DNA from: Geosiphon pyriformis uo1
Lineage: Eukaryota; Fungi; Glomeromycota
Length of the DNA: 64,000 nucleotides
Direction of reading: 5' to 3'
NCBI GenBank assembly: GCA_016748015.1
Contig: JAAOMT010000627.1
Location: 62,001-126,000 of the forward strand
Both the position numbers and the translations under genes were made by a program. The stretch's first letter is position 1. The number at the start of each line of letters is the position of its first letter. The notes under the pieces are model-generated. The model saw only the letters and a list, made by a program, of their open reading frames with translations, did no database searches and had not been told where the DNA came from. Below are positions 26,200 through 41,103 of the stretch, in pieces.

Positions 26200-27120
26200 A
26201 TACTAGTCTTTTAAGAAAAATTTCTGTCATATTTTTATATTTCCAATTATATCTTTCCTTAAAGCTCTTGTAAAAATACTCTTTTATTTTGTATTAATAC
26301 CAAATATTTGTATTTTTTTTACTTATAGTAAAATAGTATCCTATTCCTAATAAATTCAAAAAAAATTAAAAATAAAAAGTAGAATTCAATAAAATTAGTA
26401 TTTATAAAATAATTTTAATCAGATATTATTTTTTAAAGATATGGAAAGCTTATTTCAAATTTTTAAGTTGATTGTTAATTTTGGTCAAAATATTATTATG
26501 AATAGTTTTTAAGTGATTTTATATATTTAATATTATTTTAATGTATTTTTAATCTTATTAAACTTGGATTTTATTTATGTTTTTGTTAATATGTTGAATG
26601 TTTTCACTGTTGTTTTTTCTTAACAAAAAAATAATAGTAAAAAAATAATAATGGCTTTTTTAGTTATTTGTGTAGAGACTAAATTATAAAAGTGAAAAAT
26701 TTTTAATTTTACTGATCTTAGTATTAGTAAATATTATAATACAAAGCTTAAAAAGCATACTGTTTAGCTTTTTTTAGAATTTATAATCCAATTCTTTTAT
26801 TTTTTTTTCATTTTTTATTTTATCTAATTGACTTTTTCTTGTTTATTATTATTATTTTTTTGTTTGTTTTTTTTCTAATTAGAAAACTATTGTATATATA
26901 CATATTTTGAATTATACATAATTATGCCTATTTTAATTAATTAGTAAATAATTGTTAAGCTATTAAGTCTTTTGTTTGATTGTAAGTATCTCTTAGTTTG
27001 CTTGTTTGTAATTATATTAAATTGAGCATATTTGTGCATATTTTGTATATTATTGTATACATGTCATATTTTCTAATTTTATTCATTAATCTGTGTTATT
27101 TATACTGTTATTTAATAATT
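26200..27120. repeat. Possible degraded LTR-like repeat; ends not resolved
   Basis: Shares AAAACTATTGTATATAT (26883-26899) with both family-3 LTRs and has a T-rich tract like family 1; no TSD found. Confidence 0.3.
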
Positions 27121-27123
27121 AAT

Positions 27124-27285
27124 TAGAGTTCTGATTGAATTAAACTAAACCAAACTTTGAATGTTGTTCAAGTTTGATTTAAATTACAAACTAAACTTGA
27201 ACTGAACCAATTTTTTAAAGTAAGTTTAGTTCAAGTTCAGCATTAAACTTTTTTGACAAGTTTGAATTTAGTTCAAATCTAAAAC
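27124..27285. repeat. Cluster of short direct and inverted GAAC-type repeats, probable DNA-transposon/MITE end
   Basis: CTAAACTTGAACTGAAC (27190-27206) is a 15/17 inverted match to GTTTAGTTCAAGTTCAG (27224-27240); starts TAGAG. Confidence 0.45.
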
Positions 27286-27304
27286 AGTCAGACAGTCATA
27301 AATA

Positions 27305-28490
27305 TATGTGTTTTAGAATTAAGTAGATTAAATTCTGATTTTTGAAACTATTGCTAAATAGAAAAAAAACATATTGTAAATTTAATTAGTGACAAAGATT
27401 TTTTAGCAGTTTGGTCAAAAGTTAAGAGACATTTAGAGATTTTGAATAATATATATATAAATGTTTTAATGAGTAAAACTGGTTATTTTTTTTTGTTGTT
27501 GCTTAATAATATAAATGAATGCTTTATTGTGATTAATAATTTGCTAATGTTTAGTAATATTTATTACTTTGTCTAAAATGTATATAGGTTAATAAATTGT
27601 GTCTGTTGGGAGCATAGATCTGGTTCTAAAATATTAGACATTTTTTTATCTTATAAGATTGATTAGATTTAAACTGCTGCAGTTTGGCATCCAAATTTAT
27701 GTTATCAGATTCAATAAGTAAAGCTTTAGCTAGTTTACATATGTATTTTATGAAAACTGTTTATAGAAAACTATCTGTTGCCATTAGGAAAAGACTTTAT
27801 AACAAAAAATATTGAATGTTCTGTGTTTATAGTGTGAAAAAATCAAATTTTTTAATTATGTATTCATCTGTTTTAAGAAGTCTAATTCTTGTAAAGTAAT
27901 TTTGATCAATCAGATTTTGGTTTGGAAATCTCTAATTGGGTCTTATATTCTATTTTTTTTATTAATTGTAGAATTTTTTTTCTTTTGTTTGTTTAATATT
28001 AGTCTATATGTACTTCTTTGTAAAAACTTTGTGTTTATAAATTGGTATGACAAGACTGTATGAGTGTTTGAAGACTATAAAAAAACTGTTCAAATTCTGG
28101 TTAATTTTGTATGTGGTTTGGATAAATAGCATTATTCTGATTTGTGAGAATTCAGGTTAAAATATAGGACAAATATAGAAAAAAATAGTTGGATCAGTAA
28201 TTTTAAAATAGTGCCAATTGTGTTTTACAAGCTAATATCAAATTTGTTAGATAAAATGATTTGTTTGCTTAGTATTGATGAGTTTTTTAAGGTTGGTTTT
28301 GTTTTTTGTAAACTTTGGTTGTTTTTTTCTGGTCTAAATAATGGATCAATAATTTGTATAAAAATTTAGTATTGTTTTAATTGGTTTGAATAACTAATCA
28401 CATATAATAAGGGTGTGAATTATGTTTAACTGGAGTTTTTAGTTTTGATTTTGTATTTTAAATAGTAATTAAACTATACTTATTAATAAT
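27305..28490 (+). mobile_element. LINE 3' fragment (RNase H to 3'UTR, type beta), heavily mutated
   Basis: ex-PDFRNCCWIE, WSKVKRH, VWHPN, stop at 28369, family 3'UTR. Confidence 0.85.
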
Positions 28491-28519
28491 ATATATATAT
28501 AAAATAATAATAATTAGCA

Positions 28520-31500
28520 CAAAATTGGCTATTTTATTATAAGTTCAATAATATATATAATTTAAAATATAGAAAAATATTTTAAAAGAAAAATTAACTT
28601 ATTAAAAGTTTATTAGTTTTTATTAATGACAGAATTAATAGCAAAACAATATTAACAATAACAAAAAAAAAATAAAAAAAAATCTTTGGTAATAACAAAA
28701 ATAATTCAAATTTCAAAAATATTAATATAATATTTATAAAATCTAAGAAAATAATAATAAAGTAAACTCTTAAAAAATTTCTTAACAAAATTGATTTTAA
28801 TATTGGTAATAATAATAATAATAATAATAATATTTTAAGTAAATTTTTTTTTTCTTTTAGTTAATATTTTGATTTGTAAATTTTTTGTTTTAAATATAAA
28901 TTTTGGTATAAATAATTTTAGAAAAGTTTTTACTTTTTCAAAATTTGGTAAGATAATTTAAATATTTTTTATTTCTAAAAAAACAATAATAATTGCAGCA
29001 AATTTGGCAAATAATTAAGATATAATAGTAAACATTAATCTTAAAAAACCAATAAATAATTAAATAAATTAGATAATAATAGTCAAAAAAATTTTTGTAA
29101 ATATATTTCTAAAGATTATATATATAGTGTTTATTAAATATAGTATAATTAAATCAATTAAAATACAATTAATTAGACTATAATAAAAAATTATAATAAA
29201 ATTTAATAATTAGAACTAAACTAATTTTTTAACATTTTAATAATATGTTTTAATTAAAAAAAATGCTATTTGTATAGCCAAGACTAATATTAATAAACAA
29301 TTATAAAATAAATAAATTTGTATAAAATATTGTTTTATATTCTTTTTATTAACACAAATATATATAAATTGTGAAATTTTGTTTTTTTTAATAATAAAAA
29401 ATTTGTTTCATTAATTATAATTTAGTTAACTATTTTAAAACTAAGTATACTATTGTTTATTTTAACTTTAATGATAATTTTTCAAAAATTATGACTATTA
29501 TTTCTATTATAAAAAACATTTTTCTTTATTAATCTTATTTAATTTTAATATACTATTTAATTTATAAGAAATTAGATTACACTTTTTTTATATGTGGCTT
29601 TTCTATTATTGATTAATATATAAATTAAGAAAAAAAATTTTATTGGATTTAAATAAAGTCAGATTAGTAAATATTTATGTTAAAAAAATAGTTTTTATTT
29701 TCTATTTTGTGTCTTTTGGTAGTAAAACTTGGACTTAAATTATTAGTGTATTTTTTTTCAGATTTTTTTGAGTTTTTTGTCTGGTTTTTAATTTAATTAA
29801 GACTGTTAAATCTTTTTTATTAGTGTCTAATAAGTTAAAATTATGGTTTGCAATTTTAAAACACAGTCTTATTAGCTTTATAAAACAAATTAACAAGTTG
29901 ACTAAAATATTAAATATGTTTATGTTAATAGTTTTTTAATTTAGTTTTGAATATTAATCATTAATAACTCTTTTATTTCAAAATTAAATAAAAAATATAA
30001 TAATAATAAAAGTTTAAGTACAGTTATTAATGGCAAAATTATTATTTTGTTAATTTTATTAATGTCTTTAAATATTGTTAAATTAAAAAGTTAATTAAAT
30101 AATTTGTTTGTTTTTGTCATAAGTTTAATAGTAAAATTTAATAGTTTGGTTTTTATTTCTGGTATATTTTATTTCATTTTTTCTTAATAATCAATTAAGT
30201 TTAAAAAATTGCCATATGTAATATTAAAAATATAAACAATCTTGCAAAACAAAAGAATATAATTAAACATATATGTAAAATTATTAAGATAAATAGTAAA
30301 TTTTTATTAATCAAGTTATTTTTCAAAAACAAGCTTTTAATTATTATTTTAAAGATATATATTAATACTATTATAATTATGTATTTTGCTTAAGCAAAAA
30401 ATATAAATATATTGATTACTAAGATTATTAATAAGTTTTTTTTTATAATTTTAAATAGTAATTTTAATAAAAATAGATTTAAAAAAAATAACAATTTTAA
30501 AAAATATTTGGATTTAAATTTAATTAATTTTTTGATAAAATATATAACTATTAAGACTACTACATAAAAAAACTTCAAATATATAAAAAAAACAATTAAT
30601 TTTGTTTTTATTTTTATATATTTTATTAATACAATAGTTAACTAAAGCATAACAAATATTAATGAATTCTTTAATACTAACTATTAAATTGTTTTTGTTT
30701 TTATTAGTTTAAATAAGCTTTTGAATATATAATTTAATTTTTTTACAAACAAATAAACAAAAATTAGTAAAAATTTAATATTAAAAATATAAATAATATT
30801 AAATAATTTTAATTTAAAAATATTATATTGGGTAATTTTAAATAATTTATATTAATTTTATTACTTCAAATTAATTTTTAAATTTAAATACTATTTAAAA
30901 TATGATTTAAAAGATAGTATATCTTTTAGCAAATAAAATTTTATCTAAAATATAATATAAAAAATATAATAATATCTTTACTAAGCTTTTATCTAAATTA
31001 TACAAGATAGAAATTTTGTTGTTTAAAATTATTAAAGCTTTATAAATTAAACCAAATATAAAGTTTAATTTATTAATAGTTATTCAAAATTTTTTAATAA
31101 TAAAAAGACTGTTTATATTTAAGTTTTTTTAAATACTAATATTAATTTTAATAATATTTGTTTTGTATTATATAGTATAAAAAAATCTTATTATGTATTT
31201 AAGCTTATTTCTTTATCTTATCTAAAAAAAAATCATAAAAAATCTTTCACAAAAATAAAAAAAAACTTTATCTTAATTTAAGTTATTATATACTTAATAT
31301 TTATTTATTAATCTAAAATTTATTATTACTTAATTAATTTTATTGTTGTAAATACTATTAAAAAATCAGATAAACTTATTATATATCTTAATTTAATACA
31401 AATTATTTTTTAAATAATATTAACCAATAGAATTATAGATCTTTTATATATTCTATAAAACTAATTAAAGTTTGTGATTTTTTTTAAAGTATTTTTTATC

Positions 31501-32622
31501 ACAAAGCCAATAACAAAATTAAAAAAATTTTAGATAGATTCTTTTAAAAAGTTTTAATTAAAATAATAGAATAAATATTTATTAAAATTCTATTTTATTT
31601 ATATAATTTAAAAATTATTAATATTTATGCTTTTTTTAAGATTAAAAAACTAATTTACAAATTAAATAAATATTTAATAAATTTAAAAACATATATAATA
31701 TTAAGTTATTACAATATCTTTAAAGTTTATTAAAAATACTAAACAGACTAACAATTTTATTATCAAAAAGTTTTTTAATTACACTAAACATCTTATTAAA
31801 ATTAATAACATTTATAATTCCAAAAAAAACATTATTATTTATATAATTTAATAATAAATATTAATACTAACACAAATTAAAAATATTGTTTAAGAGTATT
31901 TTTTTTTGTTTAATTTTTTATAATATTGTTTACTTAAATTTAATATTATTAAGAATTAAAACCAACTTATTATTTACAATTAAGTAATTTAAGACCATTT
32001 TATAAAATAAATATTTTAAAATACTTTTGACAATATGATTTTTGTTAATTATAAAATTTTTATATATTTAGAAATAACAGATTTGTTTTTTGTTTTTTCA
32101 GTTTTCAATAATTTTATAAAAAAGTTTGTATGAATATAAAATTAATATTATGTTTATTATCAAAACTAAAAAAGTTAAAAATTATATTGGTTTAACATTT
32201 TTTCTTATAATTAATGCTTTTATTAATAATATAATTTAAATAGAAAACAGTTAAGCTATTATATAATATATTCTAAATATGACAAGTAAAGTTTTTAAAA
32301 TTAATAATATTTTAATCAACAACAACAAAACTGTAGTAATTTTTATTAATTATTAAATAAAAATATTGTGCTTATTTATTAATAATTTACTAATTTTAAT
32401 TGTAAAAAAAAGAGTCTTATAAATATTTTAATATATTTTTATTTTTATTTAGTTTGTCTAAATCTAGTTTGGTTAAAACTAACTTAAATATTAAGTTTTT
32501 TGTGAATATAATATTAAAAAAAACTATTACAAACAAGCAATTTTTGTATTTAGTATTAGTTGTATTGTGATTAATAATTGGTTATAAAACATAATTTAGT
32601 TTTGTTTTTAAAAATATGTATT
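28520..32622 (+). mobile_element. LINE copy D, 5' part (ORF1 type II, partial ORF2), extremely AT-converted, with an unassigned segment ~31210-32110
   Basis: ORF1/ORF2 junction TCTTAATAA..KIAICN at 30182-30222; RT-region remnants at 32120-32620; truncated where LINE E begins. Confidence 0.8.
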
Positions 32623-32756
32623 ATTTTTTTTTTCCTTAATTTAACGAGTGAGATCCAAACACTGTTTAGTACAATATATTATATAAATGATCTAAACTAG
32701 ATGTGAATTATGCGTTTTCTACACATGACCAGCCATTCAGACTAGTTAGAACAACA

Positions 32757-35700
32757 CTAGGCACTTATATGCACTAAAACTATGTTGTCTAAACCAGAAA
32801 AAAATAAACAAAATTTACAAAACCCAAAATAAACACCAAATGCATCCGCAATACCTAACAATCTAATTACACCAGCTGAAAGCACCAAAGAAAGACCAGA
32901 AACAAAAACAGGAACAGAACCATCATGCCATCTTTCTCCATAACTGCCCAGTGCTTAGCACATACTAACCAAACATCATCACAAAACACAAGACAAAATT
33001 CATGCACAAAGACCACGATATTCTGAGCTGCTATCTCAGAGTCTCTAAAAACAGCAACAAATTCATGATATCACTCCTTGAAAACAAAGCCCTTACACAG
33101 AGCTGTACCAATACTAACATCAGAGAAGCAAGTAAAAAGCAACTGTAAAACACATGAAAAAAAGCAAGCTAATTCCGAGCATGTTTCCCAAGCAGATACA
33201 TGAATCTTCACCAACTGAGCATGACCAGCAGCATTAAATGAGCAAAAAAACACATGGTCTGAAACTTCAACATCACCACAGAATAGACATATTACACTGG
33301 GGTAACTCCTATTATAAAGATGCTTATGCACAGCAACCGGAAGATGATGATACAATGCCTTCATAAAATACATCCAAAAGCCAGCAATCTGAGCACTAGT
33401 GAAACCAGCAGCCAAATAAAAATTTGGATGCCACACCAAAGAAGATTTAGACCAATCAACATCAACATACAGGCTATCCACCAAGACTCAGGAATCAGAA
33501 CCAACCTCCCAGCATGCATGGTGAATAGATTGAAAAATGTCACAAACAAAATGTCTAGAATTGCTGGACACTGCAGTACCACCAGTCTTGAGAAAATGTT
33601 CATTAATTATGTGAGAAAGATACATATTAAAGAATGCAGCAGCTCTAGCAAAAGCATTAGCACACTCATTTCCCAAGACACCAGAATGATTTTTAACTTT
33701 AACCCAATTAACATTCAAATTTTTGTGTCAAATAACATTAGCAATATAGCAATGCTTGATCCAATACCAATTCCTGAAATCTGGATGAGTCAACAAGGAT
33801 TCTGACTTGCACGCATCTAAAACAGCCTGGCTGTCCAAAAACAAGTCAACCAAACAAGAAGGAAAAACACACTTGAAAGCCAGAGCAATGGCCTGCAACT
33901 CCACTATTGTAGAAGAAACTAACCTGAAAACTTCCACACTCAAACCTAAATCAATGTTCTCAAAAAAAACAACAGCACTAGCTTTTATACCAAGAGTATC
34001 CAGCCCATTCAGAAAATCATCCATAAACAAAGAAAGATGACCAGAATCAATCCTCAACAGACGATTGCACACAACTTCAAACTCATGAGACTCAAGAATA
34101 TTAAACAAACTAATGTATAGCAACAGAGAATTGTAAACAGAAGGTGGTCCAGAATCATTCAAATAGTGAACAAAAATGTCAAACCAATGAGGAACTGGGC
34201 TTTAAGAGTCCAATCTTTTCCACCACTTAAAAGTCCTCCATTCAAAAACAGAACCAGTACGACTGCGAAGCTGCTCAACAAAAGCAATTCCATAATGCCA
34301 AAGTGAAGAGACATATTTATAAAAGGTGGGCTCATTAAGAATGACAGACATAGGGATTCCACTTAAAAAACAAAAAGCATTGGTCACAAGACCACTCAGA
34401 GAAAGGTTGTACTTCAAAAAAATCTGGACAATGCTGGCCAAAAAATTATTTGAAGAATTGATATTAACATGCAAAGGGAAAAGCAAAGAGTGGTGAGGGC
34501 GCCAACTAAGGATCTGCAAGTCATGTGATCTATGTGCAAACAAATGGCCCAAGATACCAACAGAATTGGCGAAACTAACAACAGAAGCTGACTTGCTTTC
34601 AGCTTGAATCTGTTCAAAAAACTTCAAACCATACAGAGAAGCATGGTAAATAGCATCATTGGGAAAGTCATGTGGCAAGCCAGATTTGGATTTCAAATTC
34701 TTGCAAATCATAGTGTCCCATTTTGCATACACATTAATAGAAACAAAACTGAACTGAGTTTTGTATACAATGATGGGGTGAAGAACTGCTAACACCAAAT
34801 ACGAGAACTGTTTGTCAGAGACAGCCTTTCTCAGCATGAGATTGGTGAAAAACCAGACATCCAGATGGGCCTTAATTAAGCTAAGCTTTGACAAACCCTC
34901 AGTAAACAGAAAAATGCCCAAGTATCAATAAGGCTCCTCTTTCTTGGCTATTAAAATAGGCAAATCATTGATTAGCAAACAAGGCTCAAAGACTTTGCAA
35001 TTAATGGAAATGGCTACTATTTTGTTATTATTAATCGAAATGTCATTGATCTGAAAAAATTCACTAGTAATATTGAGAATATGTTGTATAGCAGCCTGGC
35101 TGCTACCAACTCAAATAGTGTTATCAACAAAAGCACCTACAGCGAGAAAAGAAGTCAAACCAGTTTGAGATTTAGAGCAATCAGTTCTGGTCATGAAGCG
35201 AAAGTCCAATCTATATCCATATACACTTTCTTGTCTCTTGACTTTACACAAAAGAGAATCATAAAATATGTGCCAAAAAAGAAAAGAAAACACCTCCTCT
35301 TGATCCAAACCATTATGCACTTGATATCTATTGGTTAACCCAAAATTCATCATAACTCTGTTGACTTGACCATTATGAATGTCACCAAAAAACCAGATGA
35401 ACTTGTTACACATCTTTATTCTGACTAAACTCTCCTTAAGATGCTCCCAGCCAACAGAATCATAAGCTTTTCACATGTCCTACAATACCAACCATAATTC
35501 ATGGTTCTTTTCCAAAGCATTTTCAATGACTAATCCAATAGCAAAAATAGAAGATTGTGTGGTTGTATCTTTTAGAACAGAAAAATTATCCTTTCTGAGA
35601 ACATTAAACTTACTGCACACAAAAGAAATCCTGTCTGAAAGAATCTTGGAAAGAATTTTACAAGCTGTCTCAATCAAAGCAATAGGATGGGTGTTTGTAA

Positions 35701-37435
35701 GAACACTTTTCCATTCATATGGTTTGGAGATTATCAACACCCAAGCCTTCTTTCAAGGCCCAGGAACAGATTCACAATCCAAGCAAGAGTTCAAAAGCAC
35801 CAAAAGCATATCCAAAACTGACCTGTTATAATGTTTCCATAACTCATTTGAGATATCAGAAAGACCAGCTGCTTTCCCATCAGGCAGATTTGAGATAACA
35901 CCAGACATCTCATTAAAGTCAATTGGGCATATCACATTAGAAAAAGCATCATCAAAAATGTACTCTAAAGGCTGGTATTGGCGACATCATATACTAAGGA
36001 CAACAAAAACCACACTTCACCTCCTAGTCCACTCTTCCATAATCACATCCACCTTAGTCCTAACCAGATTAGGTTCCAAAACCAATTCATTATCCACAAC
36101 CAGATAATTCAAAGTCACTTTGTGAAAGAAATGTTCCAGTACACTTCTAATAGTATGACTTTTATTCAATTCGAAGCTTTCTATCCTCTTATCTATTGCT
36201 GACCTAATTCTAGATTCCTTAATACATTCTACTTTCAACATTTTGGAGGAGTGATATAACTTCCTAACTTTGGACAAAACTGATCATATGGCATTAAAGG
36301 AGGAACCTGACAGAAAAAGAAACTTCACTATGGAAGCATTAACTAAATCCAAACTCTCCCATTTGTCAAGCAAGGATGTAAATTCTCCAAAAGAATCCAA
36401 ACAAGCCATCTTAACTAACTTTAACACTAAGAGCTCCAGCCTGTAAAATTTGGATGACTTCTTAACAAAAACATGATCATGGTCTTTAAACCATTTTTTC
36501 TTAAAAACTGTTTCAGCAGACAGACATAACATTTTATGGAGAGCAACCCATATCGCATCCAGGTTTGAATGCATTCTGGCCACAAAAAAGTCATTACATA
36601 GTATAGCAGTATTTGTCACTGTATCATCCTTAAATTTGGCCTATTTAATACCATTTGCACCTCTGCAATTGTACTTCCAATGATCTTTATTTGCCTGTTT
36701 GCAAACAAAATTCAAATGGACATTGAGCAAACCACTCAAACCCATCAACACTGAGACAGCCTGATAATCAGTATCAAAGTATTCCTCAACACCAAACATG
36801 TCACGACTCACTACTGCATTGACCAAGTTCGAAGAAATGAGCACATAATCTATTGTTATAACAACACCTCAAGAATTAGACCAAGTTGGTGATTTCCCAC
36901 AAAAGCTCTCACCTAAGGCATTAACCAAACCAAAATCCAGGCATTTCTTGAAACTTGCACACTTACAAGAACTGTCTTCATTAAAATCACCTCCAAAAAT
37001 AACAAAAGAAGATTCATTGACAGCTTTTGCTATAAGAGAATTGATATCGCCAGCCTGAGAAAACTGGACCACTGAAGAGATGCCAGCATAAAGCCCCAAA
37101 ATTGACACAGAAAAATTATTTTTGAAAAGCAACTTGATAGACAGGAGCTGACCTGACACTTCCAAAATTTTGCACATATGTTTTGTCAAAGAAAAGTCCA
37201 TAACAACCACAACACCAGCACTCAGATAACCAGATTCTAAACCAAAAGTAAACACCCACACACCATCAAATTTATTGACAATCCAAGGGCAAACCTTCTC
37301 TTTCAATTTTGACTCCATAAAAATAGAAACTAGATGGTTCTTTTTCTTATGCCAATGAATGATATTATCCTGTTTCACAGGATTGTTCATTCCTCTAACA
37401 TTACAAGTCACAACTTTTCAGATTATATCATTTAT
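32757..37435 (-). pseudogene. LINE E ORF2 (APE-RT-RNase H-Zn finger, type alpha)
   Basis: CNVRGMNN, GGDFNED, GAFVDNTI, FLDSQA, HSGVLGNECANA, CLFCGDVEVSDHVFFC in the ORF track. Confidence 0.93.
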
Positions 37436-39224
37436 TAAGAAAAAAAAGGGGTAGAAACTGAATCAGCATTGTCCATTTTAGCTAAAGAACTCATAACAGT
37501 GATTGAAAGATTGTTCAATGTCTCCTCCAATTTTGAGATATCTGTAGAATTAAAAACCACTGTCTTCACAACAGTCTTACCACTAGTGGCCACACCTGAA
37601 CTCTCACTTATCACTATATCTGCCTCTTAATTCTGTAATGAAGAGGTCACCAACAGCTAACATCCAGGGCTAAGCTAGAAAACCATTGGCTCAGATGTGT
37701 TCAATCTTATAGCCAGCATGTCAACACACTCTGTAAGGCTGGCGAGACTGTGTTTAAGAGCAGCAAACCTATCATTCAATTCTGAAGATACCAGCGGAGT
37801 AGGCTTCATTTTCAAAGAGGAGCCAGCTTCCAACAAAACATTCCAAACAGGAGAAGAAGAGAAAGAAGACCCACCAGCAATTTGCACCCATAAGACACCA
37901 CTGAAAAAAACAGGATGAGCAATCGGAACCAAATTTTTGGCATAAATGGCAGCCAGTCTGTTTTTATCCGAGTCTGAGAAGGTTTTTTGTAATGAAGCAC
38001 CAGAAAAAACACTCATTTTCTCACCAATAGGGCAAGCCAATAATGTATGGCCCAATTTCTTACACCCAGCATACTTGGCTAAAACAAGACAAGACCAGTG
38101 CAGATTGGTCTCTTTTAATACTAGTGTGGTTTCTATGACAGCATCCAATAACTCAGCAAAATCAAAACAAATAGTAGTGCACCTGGTCTGGGCATAAGAG
38201 ACTGAATGACAGTCAATTACACAAGTTTTCTCATCTATTGAAGCAACATAATCCCAAATATCATGTGTATTAGTTCCTATTGGCAAAGTATACAAAAGAG
38301 CTTTATAAACATCACACACATCTCATAATTCTTTGTTCACATCAAATCTAGTGACACGCACAGCATCCTTTCTGATTAGAATAGACCAGCATACTGCGAT
38401 CAAATCAGCATGCTTAATCTGTTCAAATTTAACCACAGCTTTCTGCCACAGCTCTATCAATTGCATCTTGATTGACTTAATAATGCCAAACTTAGATAGT
38501 GCAGTGCGCACAGCCTCAGTTGAAGTACCAATTGGAATCTCTTTTAATACCACAGCCCAATCTGAACACTCAGATGATTTCTTGAGATTAGAGTTTACCA
38601 TAATCTGTGTTTCTTTAGCCTTTTTGGAAGCCTGTGCCAAACTTAATCAGAAATGAATGTCGCTCTGATGATTCCAGCAAATTTTAAGGGGGTAGAGGCC
38701 CCCCCAAAACCATTGATTTTTGAAAACAACTTCTTGACTACCTGAAGCTTTTCTTGAGAAGATTTCCCAATCACTTTGTCCAAACCAATATCCAAAATGA
38801 AGAATTTACAAACAGAGATGTTGACCAGATTTTTTAAAGATAGGGGAAGTTCCAATGGAGCATCTAAGAGAACATCATCTTCATTGTTACTTAAAGAGAA
38901 ATCAATTTTTCCCAAAGACTTGCCCAATGTCTTCTTGGTTTTAACTTTCAAACCAGTAGGTGTTTGATTCGGATCACCAGCAATAGCACTATCTTTACCA
39001 TAATTAAAACTGGTCTCTTCTACCAGACACTCCTCTTTCATATCAATGCTATTAGACTCAGTAGTGTCACCAGTCTCTGAACTCTATAAGCGACTAGTCT
39101 GGACCTTAGAACCAACAATATCACTATCAGAACCATCCTCTAAAATACCACCTCTCTTTTTTTTTCTTGAAAGAACAGACCTGAAGCCATCAATAGAACC
39201 AAAAACCTTAGTAGTTTTTTTCAT
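37432..39224 (-). pseudogene. LINE E ORF1 (type II)
   Basis: Colinear ORF fragments 38643-39041, 38323-38640, 37675-38319; knuckle remnant YAGCKKLGHTLLAC. Confidence 0.9.
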
Positions 39225-40306
39225 GACAACAATACTACAGCCAATGGTGGCCTCATAGTCAAGAATAAAGAATTTGAATTTATTGTACTAAATTGTAAAA
39301 AAACTTTTTTCAAAAAAAACTTTGACTCTTTTTTGGGAATTTGGACAAAAAAGAAAAAGAAGTTTTTTATTTTTAGTTAATGTAAAATACTTTGATTATA
39401 AAATATATTTATTTCTTAACCAAAATTATTATTAATTAGTAAAATTAATATTATTTATAGATATTATTACAAAAAAGTTTTTGAATTTATTTTTTTAATA
39501 ATAAATAATTTAATATAAGTTTTTATTATAATTAAAGTTTGTTAATTATTAAATAAAAATAATAACCAATTATACTAATTAGATTTTATTAAAAAAATAT
39601 CTAATTTACTAATATATTATATTCAATAAAATATTAAAAACATTTAAAAAAAACTTATAAAACAAAAATTGTATGTTGATATATTAAAAATATATTTATT
39701 AATAATAACTCTAAAAGTTATTCTAATATTAACAATGCTTTTTTTATGATAAACTAAACAGTTATAATAATATTAATAATTTTTTTGTTTATAATAAGTC
39801 AATAAAAAATAATAATACTATAAATATTATTAAAAAACTTTAAAAAACAGCAAAAAATATGATCAGAAATATGCTTTTTATAAAACATGTAAATTATATT
39901 ATATAAAAAACTCAAGTTATATTAAAAAAAAATTAACAACAATATAAGACAACAAAAAATATTTTTATGTTATATATTTTTTGAAATATTAAAAAATTTA
40001 TTAAAAAAATTAATAAAAAGTTAACTAATAAAATTAATATAAAAGCAAATAATAATATTGGCAAATAATTAAATAATAAAAATAAAAATTGTAATTAACA
40101 TAATAAATTTTTAACAACTTTTGAAAATTTAATATTAAATATCAAAAAAATATAAATAATACAATTTAAATATATTTAAATAATATTTGTTTTTATTTTT
40201 AATTTGTAAAATATAGCTATTTAAAAATAAAAACAAATAAAATTGTTGTTAATACAATAAAAAAAAGAGTATATTATGCTAAATATATTTATTTTTGGAT
40301 ATATAA

Positions 40307-41103
40307 TATTACAAAATAGTTTTTTTGGTTATTTTAATTATTAATATTTTGTTTTAATTGCAATCAGTTTTTTGTAAGTTTTTTAATTTTATTTGTGTAA
40401 TAATATTAATATTTATATTAAAGGCTTTTTCTTAATGTTGTAATATAAGTTATTTTTCAATTCTAATTATTATGTATATTTATGTACTTTTTTTTAAAGA
40501 CTGAACTGAAATTTATCTGTTGTTTAAAGTCTTTTTTAAGATTATTCTTGTAATTATTTAATGTGTTTTTCTAATCTAAAAACACAAAATATTAATAGTA
40601 TTTTTCTTAATTCTTATAATAAAGTTTTTATTAATTAGTAACAATATAAATAATTTTGATTAAAAATTATTCTTTCAAAAAATTTAGCTATTAAATAATA
40701 ATTTTATTTAATAAATAATACAAGTAAGTTTTTTAATACTTTTGATTATAATAATTTAGTTTTTAATATTTTTTTTCATTTTTTTTTAATTAAAAATTTT
40801 TGTAGATATTTATTTTAAAAGTAAAAACTAAAGTAAAACTGTTAAATAAATTGTTTAATAACTTGTTTTATAACTTGTTTTTTTTTAATATTAAAACTAT
40901 TGTATATATATATGTTTGTAATTTTATAAAAAAACATATTTTAATTTAATATTGACTATTATTACAAGTTGGTGCTTATTATTATTATGAAATAATACTT
41001 GTTACTATGTTAATTATTATTTTTTAAAATTATTATTATAATATATTATAATTAAATAATTATATTATTTTATGCTTTTTTTGTTAATTTTTAAATTATA
41101 ATA
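40307..41103 (-). mobile_element. Solo LTR, family 3, heavily mutated
   Basis: Colinear with 24986-25778; termini TATTAC...ATAATA; TSD ATAA on both sides. Confidence 0.85.

Larger units (their letters stand above)
32624..39370 (-). mobile_element. LINE copy E, full length, moderately mutated
   Basis: 5'UTR, ORF1, ORF2, 3'UTR and A-tail (T run at 32624-32633) all present on the minus strand. Confidence 0.95.

Noticed and set aside
22681-32622. AT-rich DNA as a Mollicutes endosymbiont or organelle insertion
   Set aside because: Where readable it aligns to the LINE and LTR families in the window; no bacterial or organellar genes are seen.
33320-39258. Plus-strand ORFs over LINE E, and antisense ORFs over the other TEs and the two genes
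   Set aside because: Antisense shadows of coding frames with no recognisable motifs.
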